A stretch of DNA of 64,000 nt from Tagaea sp. (GCA_965279525.1 CBDIIB010000004.1:128001-192000), one strand, 5' to 3'; positions 46,895 to 56,650 are shown, numbered from the stretch's first letter. Program-made: numbers and translations. Notes: a model not told the origin generated them from the letters alone.

Positions 46895-47821
46895 TCAGGC
46901 CGCGCGGCGGGCGGGGCCACTTGTCGGGCCTTCGACCTCCGGGATCGGCGGGATCGGCACGTTCCAGGGGGCGACATCGGCGCGGATCTTGGCCAGCCCG
47001 TCCGCGATGATCGCGACCTCATGGTCGGGGTGCGTGGCGCCAAGGCCGTACTCTGCGGCAAGGGCGCGGGCGCGGGCGGAGCGCTTGCGCTCGTCCTCGG
47101 GCAGGTTGACGACGGCATAGACGCCGTTGAGCAGCGAGCCGCGCAGCTTCTTGGCGAACTTCTTGCCCAGCATCTCCTTGTCCTGGTCGGAAATCTGGTC
47201 GAAGAAGCGGCGCATGACGATGCGGCCGAACTGGATGTGGCGGGCCTCGTCGCGCAGGATCAGGCTGCATGCCTCGCGGATCGACTTGAAGCGCGCGTTC
47301 TCGTAACGGGCCTGCAGCAGTTCGCCGGAGAGCTGCTCGAACAGCGTGTTGACCGCCATGCCCGCGAAGAACGACATCTGCCGCTCTTCCTTCTCGTCGT
47401 GGAACTTCGGGATGATCTTCTTGAAGTAATCCGACTGCGGCACCGGCTGGTACTTGGCGAGCGCGTCGGCGATGCGGAAGCTTGCCTCGTGGTGGCGCAG
47501 TTCTTCCTGGATGAAGTTGACGACGTGCTGCTTCACCTCGAAGGGCTGGTGGCCGAAGATCGCGTCGCGCAGGCGTTCGGCACCGTACGGCGTGGCGCCA
47601 TGCTCCATCCACGCGCGCAGCGACCACCATTCGGCACCGGCCAGCCGCACTTCCTCGGGCAGGTCGGCCGAACGCAGGTCGGAGAAGTCGAGCTTGGCCG
47701 GGTCCCAGGCAAGGTCGCGCGCCTGTTCACACAGTTTCCAGATATCCGGATAGGCGAGCTCCGCCACGATCGGATAGGGGTTCGGATTCTGGGCGACTTC
47801 CTCGAGCATCGAGGCTTCCAT
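46895..47821 (-). CDS. ferritin-like diiron-carboxylate protein (oxidase/oxygenase/desaturase-type, function unknown)
   Basis: Ligand set E73, E107-x-x-H110 (EELRH), E162, E192-x-x-H195 (DEARH). N-terminal WDPAKLDFS. 308 aa, strong codon bias. Confidence 0.8.
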   Translation of the reverse strand: MEASMLEEVAQNPNPYPIVAELAYPDIWKLCEQARDLAWDPAKLDFSDLRSADLPEEVRLAGAEWWSLRAWMEHGATPYGAERLRDAIFGHQPFEVKQHVVNFIQEELRHHEASFRIADALAKYQPVPQSDYFKKIIPKFHDEKEERQMSFFAGMAVNTLFEQLSGELLQARYENARFKSIREACSLILRDEARHIQFGRIVMRRFFDQISDQDKEMLGKKFAKKLRGSLLNGVYAVVNLPEDERKRSARARALAAEYGLGATHPDHEVAIIADGLAKIRADVAPWNVPIPPIPEVEGPTSGPARRAA

Positions 47822-47908
47822 GGCGCGGATCCTTCCGGATATTCGGGTCTTGGGGAAACGATAGGGCCGGCCCCCGGACTTGCCAAGGGCCGGCCCGCCG
47901 GTTTTCGC

Positions 47909-48901
47909 TCAGGGCGCGTTGACGATCTCCAGGATCTTGTCCATGCCGCCGAACTTGGCGGCTTCTGCCTGCAGCACGGGCTGCAACGCCGTGCGCCACG
48001 GGGTCTGGTCGATCTTGTGCTCCTTGGCGCCGCGCTGGCCCACGCGGACCATGGCCTGCGCCTCGAGGTCCATGTGGAGCTTGTTGATGTAGGCCGCCAT
48101 CTCGACGCCGGTCGTCGTCATGATCCGCTGCTGCTCGGGCGTGAGCCGCGTCCAGAACTGGCGCGAGAACGAGATCGCGCCGACGGCCCAGATGTGGCCG
48201 GTCTCGGTCAGGTTGGGGGCCGCCTCGAACAGCTTCAGCGATTCGTAAACACCCTTGGTGATGTCCATCATGTCGACGACGCCCGTCGAGAGCGCGTTGT
48301 ACGTCTCGGTGATCGGGATCGGCGACGGGTTGGCGCCCAGCGTGCGCCAGATGTTGATGTGCAGCGGGCTCTGGATGACGCGCATCTGCTTGCCGCGCAC
48401 CTCGGCGACCGTCAGCACGGGCTGGCGGCTGATCAGATGGCGCGCACCGTAGGTGAAGAAGGCGGGGACCTCGAAATTCTGAGCCCGGTAGAACGCCTTG
48501 TAGCGGTCGCCGATCGGGCCGTTGACGACGCGCTCGACATGCCCGACGTCGCGGAAGATGAAGGGCAGGTCGAAGATCTGCCCCTCGGGCACCCACGACG
48601 ACAGGGCGGCGAGCGTGATGTCGGCACCCTGGATCGAGCCCAGGCGCATGCCCTCGGCCATCTCCTTTTCGCCGCCGAGCTGCCCGCCGGCGAAGACCTG
48701 CAGTTCGACCGCTCCGCCCGTGCGTTCGCGCGCGAGGTCGCGGTAGCGATGCCACATCATCGCGTTGGGGGCCGTCTCGGGCTGCACCACGGCGATGCGG
48801 GCCTGGATGCGGTTCTGGGCCTGTGCATCGCCGGCCGTCGCAGCCAGCATGCCGACGGTGGCGAGAAGCGCCAGTCCGGTCAGTTTCCTCATTGCGGTCA
48901 T
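47909..48901 (-). CDS. dctP: TRAP transporter substrate-binding protein DctP
   Basis: Signal peptide, VFAGGQLGGEKEM, FDLPFIF, GARH, GKQMRV, LGANPSPI..E.YNALSTGVVD. Confidence 0.92.
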   Translation of the reverse strand: MTAMRKLTGLALLATVGMLAATAGDAQAQNRIQARIAVVQPETAPNAMMWHRYRDLARERTGGAVELQVFAGGQLGGEKEMAEGMRLGSIQGADITLAALSSWVPEGQIFDLPFIFRDVGHVERVVNGPIGDRYKAFYRAQNFEVPAFFTYGARHLISRQPVLTVAEVRGKQMRVIQSPLHINIWRTLGANPSPIPITETYNALSTGVVDMMDITKGVYESLKLFEAAPNLTETGHIWAVGAISFSRQFWTRLTPEQQRIMTTTGVEMAAYINKLHMDLEAQAMVRVGQRGAKEHKIDQTPWRTALQPVLQAEAAKFGGMDKILEIVNAP

Positions 48902-48924
48902 TCCAATTCTCCCGGGTTGAAGGT

Positions 48925-50799
48925 TCATTCCATGAGCCAGAGCAGCCCCAGCGAAACGCCGGGGATGAAGACGATGAGCGCCAGTGCCGCCACGAGGGCG
49001 GCGAAGAACGGCATGACCGCGCCGAAAACCGGCATCGCCGGCTGTTTGGTCACGGTTGCCGTGATGTAGACGAGGATGCCGACGGGCGGCGTGAGACCGC
49101 CCAGCATCAGATTGCAGATCACCATCAGGCCGAAATGCACGCCGTCGATGCCCACCGACGTGGCGAGCGGATAGAAGAGCGGGGCGAGGATAAGCATCGC
49201 GGCGCCGATGTCGAGGAGCATGCCCGCCACGAGCATCACGCCATTCATGAACAGCAGGATCGACCATTCCGAGACGAGGGACGAGCGAGCGAACTCGAGA
49301 ACCTGGTCCGGCACGCGCTCCGTGGTCAGCACGAAGCCGAAGGGCACGGCCGCGCCGATCAGCAGGCCGATCAGGGCGGAATCGACCGCAGTCTGGGAAA
49401 GCACGTTCCAAAGCTCGCGCGGACTGTACGCGCGGAAGACGAATACGCCCAGCACGAACGCGTAGGCGACGGCGATGGCACCCACCTCGGTCGGCGTCGC
49501 GATGCCGAACCGCAGCGCCGCGATGATGAAGATCGCGAGGAAGAGCACCGGTACGGCCGCGCGGCCGGCATGCAGGCGCTCGGCCCAGCTTGCGCGCTCG
49601 CCCGAGGCCTTGTAGCCGTGGCGCCGCGCGACGATCCACACGGTGAGCATCAAGGCACCCGCATAGAGCAGGCCAGGGACGATGCCGGCGACGAACATCT
49701 GGCCGACGGAAATGCCCGTCGCGGCCGACACGATCAGCATCGCCACGGAGGGCGGGATGATGTTGTCGATGACGGCGGCGGCCGCGCAGACGGCGGCCGA
49801 GAAGGTCGTGCGGTAGCCGCCGGCGACCATCGCGGGGTAGAGCATGCGGGCGTTCAGCGCCGCGTTCGCGTTCGAGCTGCCCGATACGCCCGAATAGAGC
49901 GTGGCGGAGATGACCGTGACCTGCGCGATGCCGCCGCGGAAGTGCCGCGCCAGCGTGGCCGCGAAATCGATCAGGCGCTGGGTCAGGCCGCCGATATTCA
50001 TCAGCGAACCCGCCAGCAGGAAAAGCGGGATCGCCAGCAGGATGAACTGGCCCGAACCGCGCACGATGTTCTGCACGATCGCCGGTGCCGGCAGCACACC
50101 GGCGGACAGGTCGACGGTGAACACCGCGGCAAGCATCGAGAATGCGACGGGAACGCCGAGCAGCATGGCGGCAACGAAGGTGGCCGTCATGACCACGGCA
50201 GGGTCGCCCTGCGGGATCGAAAGCAGGTTCATGCCGTTGAACGCCGCGTAGAACGCCGTACCCGCCAGCGCGCCGACAAGACCCAGCCAGCGGTCGTCCG
50301 CGCGGTCGAGATCGCGCAGCACGAGATAGACGAGGCCGAAGATGCAGCTCGCGGGAATCCCCGCATATTGCAGCCAGCCCGGCAGCGCCAGTGCGGCACT
50401 CGTGCCGCCGATCATGTCGATGATCTCGCGCGCGCCGAACAGCATGGCGATCGTCGTATATGTCACGATCCCGTCGACCAGGACCTGATGGATCCGCTTG
50501 AGGCCGTCGGGGAGCATCTGGTCGATGGCACCGATCGAAAGATGCATGCGCTCGCGGTGGGCGAGCGGGATGCCGAGGAAAATTAGATAGATGAAAAGCC
50601 ACTGTGCCGCTTCGCCCGTCCAGGTCAGCGAAGCCGAGAAGACATAGCGCGACGTGACCCCGGCGATCGTCAGCAGCGAGATCGAGACGAGACAGAAGAC
50701 GGCGAGGACGGTGAGCACCCGGTCAAGGGTATCGAGCACCCGGCGTGCCGCCGGGTGTGCGGACGCGGCGGGCAGCACGTGACCGGCTGCAGGCGTCAT
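48925..50799 (-). CDS. fused TRAP transporter permease DctQM
   Basis: N-terminal DctQ (SRYVF..SLTWTGE..HLSI) fused to DctM (LLAIPLFLLAG, SGVSGSS, IIPPS, GGLTPPVG). 624 aa. Confidence 0.92.
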   Translation of the reverse strand: MTPAAGHVLPAASAHPAARRVLDTLDRVLTVLAVFCLVSISLLTIAGVTSRYVFSASLTWTGEAAQWLFIYLIFLGIPLAHRERMHLSIGAIDQMLPDGLKRIHQVLVDGIVTYTTIAMLFGAREIIDMIGGTSAALALPGWLQYAGIPASCIFGLVYLVLRDLDRADDRWLGLVGALAGTAFYAAFNGMNLLSIPQGDPAVVMTATFVAAMLLGVPVAFSMLAAVFTVDLSAGVLPAPAIVQNIVRGSGQFILLAIPLFLLAGSLMNIGGLTQRLIDFAATLARHFRGGIAQVTVISATLYSGVSGSSNANAALNARMLYPAMVAGGYRTTFSAAVCAAAAVIDNIIPPSVAMLIVSAATGISVGQMFVAGIVPGLLYAGALMLTVWIVARRHGYKASGERASWAERLHAGRAAVPVLFLAIFIIAALRFGIATPTEVGAIAVAYAFVLGVFVFRAYSPRELWNVLSQTAVDSALIGLLIGAAVPFGFVLTTERVPDQVLEFARSSLVSEWSILLFMNGVMLVAGMLLDIGAAMLILAPLFYPLATSVGIDGVHFGLMVICNLMLGGLTPPVGILVYITATVTKQPAMPVFGAVMPFFAALVAALALIVFIPGVSLGLLWLME

Positions 50800-50879
50800 C
50801 GGAATGCCGTCACCATGTCGGATCGCGCGTCCTGTCGTGAGTTCCGGGACACGTGAAAGGGCACGGTCCCACCGATACG

Positions 50880-50935
50880 ATCCTCAAGCGACCGGCGAAG
50901 CCAAGTCAATATAAATATGATTGTCCGTACATTAA
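50880..50935 (-). promoter_or_regulatory. promoter of the TRAP operon with a GntR-like site related to 43071-43090
   Basis: Minus-strand TTGACT at 50904-50909. Plus-strand AATATGATTGTCCGTACATT (50914-50933) resembles AGTACGATAAACCGTACATT. Confidence 0.55.
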
Positions 50936-50962
50936 GAATTTCAAGCGCTCGCTCTCCGGTGC

Positions 50963-51808
50963 CTAGCGGCCGAATTTCAGCAACGCTGTTCCGGCCAGCG
51001 TCATCGCGATCGAAGCGACACGGAACAGCCGGACGCGCTCCTTGAAGACGGTGATGCCGATTACCACGGCGAAGACCACACCCGTCTCTCGCAATGCGGA
51101 GACGAGCGGCAGCGGCGCCTGCGTCATCGCCCAGACGACGATCCACGAGCCGCCGTAACTCATCAACCCGGCGGCGATTCCGGCGCGGCGCGTACGCCAG
51201 CTCACTTTCCGATTCGGTCCGCGCCGCAGCAGTCGGGTCGCGACGATCACCATGACCGCAGCGATCAACGACTGCCAGACGACATATCCGTGAACCGCAC
51301 CCGACATCCGCGCGCCGAGCCCGTCGATCACCGAGTAGCAAGCGATGAAGCAACTCGTGCCGAGGGCCCAGAAGATAGGTCGCGCGTCCCGCAGTCCGTC
51401 GGCGCCGCGCGATAGCGACAGGCTGACGATCCCCAGCGAAATCATGAGCACGGCGAACTGCGCCGATGGCGCGATGCTTTCGTTGAGGATGAAGACCGAT
51501 ATGGCCGTTACCAGCATCGGTGCTACGCCGCGCGCCAGCGGATAGACGTGGCTGAATTCCCCGACACGGTAGGCACGCTGGAGGAACTCGATATACGCGA
51601 CGCTCAGGGCGGCGCTTGCGAGCATGTAATAGAAGCTGTCGGCGGAAGGCATCGCGAAGAAGGGGATGAGGCAGACCGATGCGACCGACTGGGTCGCGAA
51701 CATCGTTTCGATCGATGCCGACCTGTCCGTGTCCGCCTTGATCAGGGCATTCCACGTCGCGTGGCCGAATGCCGCGCAGAGAACAAGGAGGAATACGTCC
51801 AGTTCCAT
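50963..51808 (-). CDS. EamA/DMT family transporter
   Basis: AAFGHATWNALIK, YPLARG, YSVIDG.G, VSALRET. About 10 TM helices. Confidence 0.9.
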   Translation of the reverse strand: MELDVFLLVLCAAFGHATWNALIKADTDRSASIETMFATQSVASVCLIPFFAMPSADSFYYMLASAALSVAYIEFLQRAYRVGEFSHVYPLARGVAPMLVTAISVFILNESIAPSAQFAVLMISLGIVSLSLSRGADGLRDARPIFWALGTSCFIACYSVIDGLGARMSGAVHGYVVWQSLIAAVMVIVATRLLRRGPNRKVSWRTRRAGIAAGLMSYGGSWIVVWAMTQAPLPLVSALRETGVVFAVVIGITVFKERVRLFRVASIAMTLAGTALLKFGR

Positions 51809-51833
51809 CGTCGGTCGGCTCTCCGTCGGGAGT

Positions 51834-53318
51834 CTAGGGATAGAATGCCGGGGTCGGCACGAACGCCACGTTCTCATCGAGCGGATAGATCGGCCGTGCG
51901 CAGATCGTGTGGCCAAGGCTTTTCAGGTTCGCCGAAGTGGCGCCTGGCGCATCGACATTGAAGTTGGCATCCGTCCATGCGTCGAACATGTGGTTTTCGG
52001 TATGCGGCGACTTGACGACGATCAGGTCGAAATCGGCGGGGTTCTGGCCATTGGCAAGGTATATCGCCCGGTCGAACAGGAAGACCGGCAAGCTGACCAC
52101 GACGACCGTGAAATTCTCGAATGTCAGTACTGCTGTCGGACCGGCTGCCAGCGGCGCCTTCATCGTCTCGAGCCGCGCTTGCCCGTCGGACAGGAGTTTC
52201 ACCGTCGCCTTGACCTTCATCGGCTTGAATCGACCGCGGTCCACGGTGCCGCCAAGCTCGACTTCGATCGTCGCGCCGACGCCGGCCGCGTGCGCGGCCT
52301 TCGCTGCCTTGGCATCGACAAGGGGAGCGAGGGTCCGGCGGTCGTAGCCGGCCGCCTTGAGGGCGCGAAGGATCTCGGCACTGTCTCCGGACGCACCGGA
52401 CGATGTCGCATCCGCAGCGTCGGTGAAGATGACGGGGCCCGTGATGCTCTTCGCTTGGGAAATGGCGCGCTCGACCGAGATGAGCTTTCCCTGCATGCGC
52501 GCACGCAGGCCCCAGAAGTCGTGCGCGAGGCGGACCGCCTCTCGTTCGGCCGTGGCCCGGTCTCCATCTGTCATCACGAGTGCCTGCGAGCAGAGTTCGG
52601 GCACGTCGGTGAAAGGGTTGCCGATCATGATGCCGGCGGCCAGCGCCACGCCGTCACGCTCCAGGCGCAGGCATTCACGCAGCAGTTCGCCGTAGCAGCC
52701 GTTCTTGGTGATCAACTCGTCGCCGCGTACGAGGGCCGGGATGACGACGCGGACGATTGCGGGGCGCGACTTGCCCGACATCAGCTTCAGGAGAAGGCGG
52801 GCTGCCCTTTGTCCGGTATCTGCGAAATCGACGTGCGGATAGGTGCGGTAGATCGCGAACCCGTTCGAATGGCGCAGCATCCGGTCGGTGAGGATGCCGT
52901 GAAGGTCGAGCGAGATGACGATCGGAACTGCCGGGCCGGCCAGTGTCCGGATGCGCTCGAGGAGATGGCCTTCCGGATCGAGTTCCCCGTCCGCACCCAT
53001 GGCGCCATGCAGGGAAAAGTATATTCCGTCAATGCGATCGAGATTCGCACGCACGCTGTCGAGTATCTCGGCGGACAGCCGGCGCCAGCCGCCGGCCGAC
53101 AGAAGTCCCGCGCTTCCCGCACGTGCGGATATCGTCGGCACCACCTCGATGCCGCCTGCATCGTCGAACGCCTGCAATGCTCCACCGACCGCTTGGTTGG
53201 TCCCCCGCTGCCCGAGAATCTGGGACCCGCGTTGGATGTGGAAATCTTCGTAGCCGGACTGCAGAGGGTTGAAGGACGAGATTTCCTGCATGCATTCGAC
53301 GACAAGGATACGCTTCAT
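51834..53318 (-). CDS. M81 family metallopeptidase (MlrC-like)
   Basis: MQEISSFNP, SLHGAM, DPEG, SLDLHG, YRTYPHVD, D.AD..SSG..GD, VVKS. Confidence 0.9.
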   Translation of the reverse strand: MKRILVVECMQEISSFNPLQSGYEDFHIQRGSQILGQRGTNQAVGGALQAFDDAGGIEVVPTISARAGSAGLLSAGGWRRLSAEILDSVRANLDRIDGIYFSLHGAMGADGELDPEGHLLERIRTLAGPAVPIVISLDLHGILTDRMLRHSNGFAIYRTYPHVDFADTGQRAARLLLKLMSGKSRPAIVRVVIPALVRGDELITKNGCYGELLRECLRLERDGVALAAGIMIGNPFTDVPELCSQALVMTDGDRATAEREAVRLAHDFWGLRARMQGKLISVERAISQAKSITGPVIFTDAADATSSGASGDSAEILRALKAAGYDRRTLAPLVDAKAAKAAHAAGVGATIEVELGGTVDRGRFKPMKVKATVKLLSDGQARLETMKAPLAAGPTAVLTFENFTVVVVSLPVFLFDRAIYLANGQNPADFDLIVVKSPHTENHMFDAWTDANFNVDAPGATSANLKSLGHTICARPIYPLDENVAFVPTPAFYP

Positions 53319-53549
53319 CTTCGATCTCCGGGGAGGGCAGGTGCTGTTGGGCGGACGGCCAGCATGCCATCGGTCGGACCGCCCGACGATTGGCAAGTTC
53401 GGTGACCTGCCCGAATTTGGGGCAGATGCCTTGAGGGCCCCTCAATGGCACGTCTGCCATCCCGCCAAGCTTGACTCGGTGCGGAGCAAGTGTGCTCTAC
53501 TAGCGGCAATAAGTCGGGCAGATAACTGATCCGATAGCAGGGGGGAAAG

Positions 53550-55592
53550 ATGGCTCTGAAATCGCCGTTCCTTATCCAGTTGGCGCTGGGAATCACCATA
53601 GCGATCGGGTCGGTAACCGCCGCATCCGCGCAGGCATCGCTCGGCCAGTCCGGACTTGTCGGTACGCCCGAGGGCATCTCGATCATCACCGACGCGGCCC
53701 AGTGGCCGAAGACCTTCAACGAGGCCCCCCAACTCGCCGATCTGGTGAAGCAGGGCAAGCTGCCGGCGGTCAAGGACCGTCTGCCGCAGGACCTCATGGT
53801 CATCAAGCCGGTCAAGGAGATCGGGAAGTACGGCGGCACCTGGCGCCGCGGCTTCACCGGACCCGGTGACGACGAGAACGGCAACCGCATCAACGCTTCC
53901 GATCGTCCGATGCTGGTCGACCACACGGGCGCCAAGGTCAACCCTTCGCTCGCCAAGTCGTGGAAGATGAGCGACGACGGCAAGGTCTTCACCCTCAACC
54001 TGCGCCGCGGCCTTCGCTGGTCGGACGGCGCGCCGATGACCGCCGACGACTTCGTCTTCTGGTTCGAAGACATCTACAGCAACAAGGAAATTCTGCCGGT
54101 CGGCATCCCCGACATGACTCCGGATGGCAAGCCCGGCAAGATCGTCAAAGTCGACGACTACACCGTCAACTTCGTGTTCGACGTTCCGTTCTATCTCTTC
54201 GAGGATCTGATGGGCGGCGACACGCTCATCGGCGGCGGCCAGGCTGTCCGCCAGTCGAACAAGCGTAGCCATGGCGCCTATGCGCCGGCGCACTATCTCA
54301 AGAAGTTCCTGCCCAAATACATGCCGGGTGGCGCGGAAGCAGCGAATGCCGCAGCCCGGGCCGAGGGCTTCGACAGCTGGATTGCACGACTGCACTTCAA
54401 GAAAGACTGGACGCTCAACACGGAACTGCCGGTGCTCGGGCCGTTCCGTACGGTGCAGCCGATCAACAACGCCGTATGGGTCATGGAACGCAATCCGTTC
54501 TATTGGGCCGTCGACACGGCAGGTAACCAGCTTCCGTACATGGACCGCGTCCAGATGACGGTCGTCGAGAACCTGGAGGTCCTGAACCTGCGCGCGATGG
54601 CGGGCGACTACGACCTGCAGGAACGCCACATCGACCTCGGCAAGCTGCCGGTCCTTCTGGAGAACCAGGCCCGCGGCAAGTACAAGGTCCATCTCGACCT
54701 GGCCCTTAACGGCACGGACGCGATCTATCACTTCAACCAGAGCTTCGACGCCGATCCGGAGATCGCCAAGTGGCTGCGCAACGCGGACTTCCGCCGCGCG
54801 CTGTCGCTGGCTGTCGATCGCAAGCAGCTCAATGAGACGTTCTGGCTCGGCGTTGCCGTGCCGGGCTCGACGGCTCCGGGCGAGGCGCTTCCGTATTTCC
54901 CCGGTGCGGGCTGGCGCGAGAAATGGTCGACGTTCGACCAGAAGCAGGCCAACGAAATGCTCGACAAGATCGGGCTTTCGAAGAAGGACGCGCAGGGCTT
55001 CCGGGTCCGTACGGACAACGGGCAGCGCCTGCGGATCCAGATCCAGGCCGTGCAGGCGTTCCTGCCGTGGCCGAAGATCAGCGAAATGGTCGCTGACCAG
55101 TGGTCGAAGGTCGGCATCCAGGCGGATGTCCGCGATACCGAGCGGAACCTCGCCTTCACGCGCACGCAGAACAACGAGCACCACATCATGGTGTGGAACA
55201 ACGGCGGGACGGAACTTCTCTATCTGTTTCCGCGCCATGCGATCCCGGTCGACCCGACCGAGGCTTTCATGGGCCCGGAACACGCCAAGTGGTACGCCTC
55301 CGGCGGAACGCAGGGCAAGAAGCCGGAAGATCCGAACATCCTCAAGATGCTCGAGCTCTTCACATCGGCTGCCGGGCAAAAGACCGAAGAGCGCATCAAG
55401 ACGGCGCAGGAGATCTGGAAGATCCTGATCGACCAACAGTACGCGATCGGCACGGTCGGCCAGTCGCCGGCACTGATGGGCGTGCGTCTCGTCAGCGAGC
55501 GTCTGGGCAATGTCCCGTCGCGCAACTGCATTGCCCAGCACTGCCGTACGCCGGGCGGCGCACACCCGGAAACATGGTTCTACAAGAATTGA
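53550..55592 (+). CDS. family-5 (peptide/nickel-type) ABC transporter substrate-binding protein
   Basis: EAPQLA.LV..GKLP.V..RLP, YGGTWR, LRRGLRWSDG.PMTADD, RNPFYWAVD..GNQLPY, FRRALS. Confidence 0.92.
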   Translation: MALKSPFLIQLALGITIAIGSVTAASAQASLGQSGLVGTPEGISIITDAAQWPKTFNEAPQLADLVKQGKLPAVKDRLPQDLMVIKPVKEIGKYGGTWRRGFTGPGDDENGNRINASDRPMLVDHTGAKVNPSLAKSWKMSDDGKVFTLNLRRGLRWSDGAPMTADDFVFWFEDIYSNKEILPVGIPDMTPDGKPGKIVKVDDYTVNFVFDVPFYLFEDLMGGDTLIGGGQAVRQSNKRSHGAYAPAHYLKKFLPKYMPGGAEAANAAARAEGFDSWIARLHFKKDWTLNTELPVLGPFRTVQPINNAVWVMERNPFYWAVDTAGNQLPYMDRVQMTVVENLEVLNLRAMAGDYDLQERHIDLGKLPVLLENQARGKYKVHLDLALNGTDAIYHFNQSFDADPEIAKWLRNADFRRALSLAVDRKQLNETFWLGVAVPGSTAPGEALPYFPGAGWREKWSTFDQKQANEMLDKIGLSKKDAQGFRVRTDNGQRLRIQIQAVQAFLPWPKISEMVADQWSKVGIQADVRDTERNLAFTRTQNNEHHIMVWNNGGTELLYLFPRHAIPVDPTEAFMGPEHAKWYASGGTQGKKPEDPNILKMLELFTSAAGQKTEERIKTAQEIWKILIDQQYAIGTVGQSPALMGVRLVSERLGNVPSRNCIAQHCRTPGGAHPETWFYKN

Positions 55593-55621
55593 CCGGTAGG
55601 ACTCATATCGACGTACTGCGG

Positions 55622-55652
55622 CTCAACCCCCGGAATTGTTCCGGGGGTTGAG
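55622..55652 (+). terminator. 14-bp perfect hairpin between SBP and first permease
   Basis: CTCAACCCCCGGAA-TTG-TTCCGGGGGTTGAG, ending 5 nt before the permease ATG. Confidence 0.6.
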
Positions 55653-55657
55653 TTCGC

Positions 55658-56650
55658 ATGCTTACTTACATACTTCAGCGTTTCGGGCTCGCTCTTGTGA
55701 CGATTTGGGCGATTTCCGTCATTTCGTTCGTCATCATCCAGCTTCCGCCGGGCGATTTCGTCGACGCCTATATCGCAAGTCTGTCGGCATCCGGTTCAAT
55801 GGTCCGGCAGGAGGAAGCGCAGGCGTTACGCCAGCTATACGGCCTTGATCAGCCGATGTGGGTCCAATACTGGAAATGGGCAAGCCGCGTCGCTCAGGGC
55901 GATTTCGGAACCTCGATGGAATGGGGGCGTCCCGTCACCGAGGTACTTGGAGATCGGCTCTGGCTGACCGTCATCGTCTCGCTTGCCGCGATCTTCCTGA
56001 CCTGGGGGATAGCACTGCCCATCGGCATCTACTCGGCCGTGCGGCAATACTCGATGGCCGACTATGCGTTTACGCTGATCGGTTTTGTCGGTCTTGCGGT
56101 GCCCAATTTCCTGCTTGCCCTGATCATCATGTATTTCGGGTTCGTTCTGCTCGATCTCAATGTCGGCGGGCTCTTCTCGGCCGAGTACCAGCTCGCCCCG
56201 TGGTCCTGGGCCAAGGCCATGGATCTGATGGCGCACCTGCCGCTACCCGCCCTGATCCTGGCATTGGCGGGAACCGCACAGCTCATCCGCATCATGCGCG
56301 CGAACCTGCTCGACGAACTGCGGCGCCCCTACGTGGCGACCGCGCGCGCGCGGGGTCTCGCCGAATGGCGCGTCATCGTGAAGTATCCGGTGCGGGCGGC
56401 ACTCAATCCCTTCGCCAGTACGATCGGCTACCTGCTGCCCTTTGTCGTCTCCGGATCGATCGTCGTATCCCTTGTCTTGTCGCTGCCCACGGTTGGTCCA
56501 CTGTTGCTGCGAGCCCTCGTCGCACAGGACATGTTCCTCGCCGGCACGATCGTGCTTCTCCTCGGGGTCCTCACCGTCGTCGGTACTTTCATTTCTGATC
56601 TGATCCTGATGTGGATCGATCCCAGGATCAGGGCGGGTATGCACGGATGA
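55658..56650 (+). CDS. ABC transporter permease (DppB/OppB-like)
   Basis: IQLPPGD, YGLDQP, GDFG.S, TARARGL, IDPRIR. Confidence 0.93.
   Translation: MLTYILQRFGLALVTIWAISVISFVIIQLPPGDFVDAYIASLSASGSMVRQEEAQALRQLYGLDQPMWVQYWKWASRVAQGDFGTSMEWGRPVTEVLGDRLWLTVIVSLAAIFLTWGIALPIGIYSAVRQYSMADYAFTLIGFVGLAVPNFLLALIIMYFGFVLLDLNVGGLFSAEYQLAPWSWAKAMDLMAHLPLPALILALAGTAQLIRIMRANLLDELRRPYVATARARGLAEWRVIVKYPVRAALNPFASTIGYLLPFVVSGSIVVSLVLSLPTVGPLLLRALVAQDMFLAGTIVLLLGVLTVVGTFISDLILMWIDPRIRAGMHG

Noticed and set aside
47021-50586. 682-aa and 587-aa plus-strand ORFs
   Set aside because: Shadows of the diiron, dctP and dctQM genes.
47909-50602. 897-aa ORF suggesting a giant DctP fusion
   Set aside because: The N-terminal 567 codons are Arg/Pro-rich off-frame sequence overlapping dctQM. 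Real DctP starts at about 48901 with a signal peptide and RBS.
51834-53318. Microcystin degradation (mlr) cluster
   Set aside because: Only an M81-family gene is present, with no mlrA, mlrB or mlrD. The family is widespread.
53446-53460. TGGCAC as a sigma54 promoter for the ABC operon
   Set aside because: No GC at the -12 position (TGGCAC-GTCTG-CCAT).
53442-55565. 707-aa minus-strand ORF
   Set aside because: Antisense shadow of the family-5 SBP.
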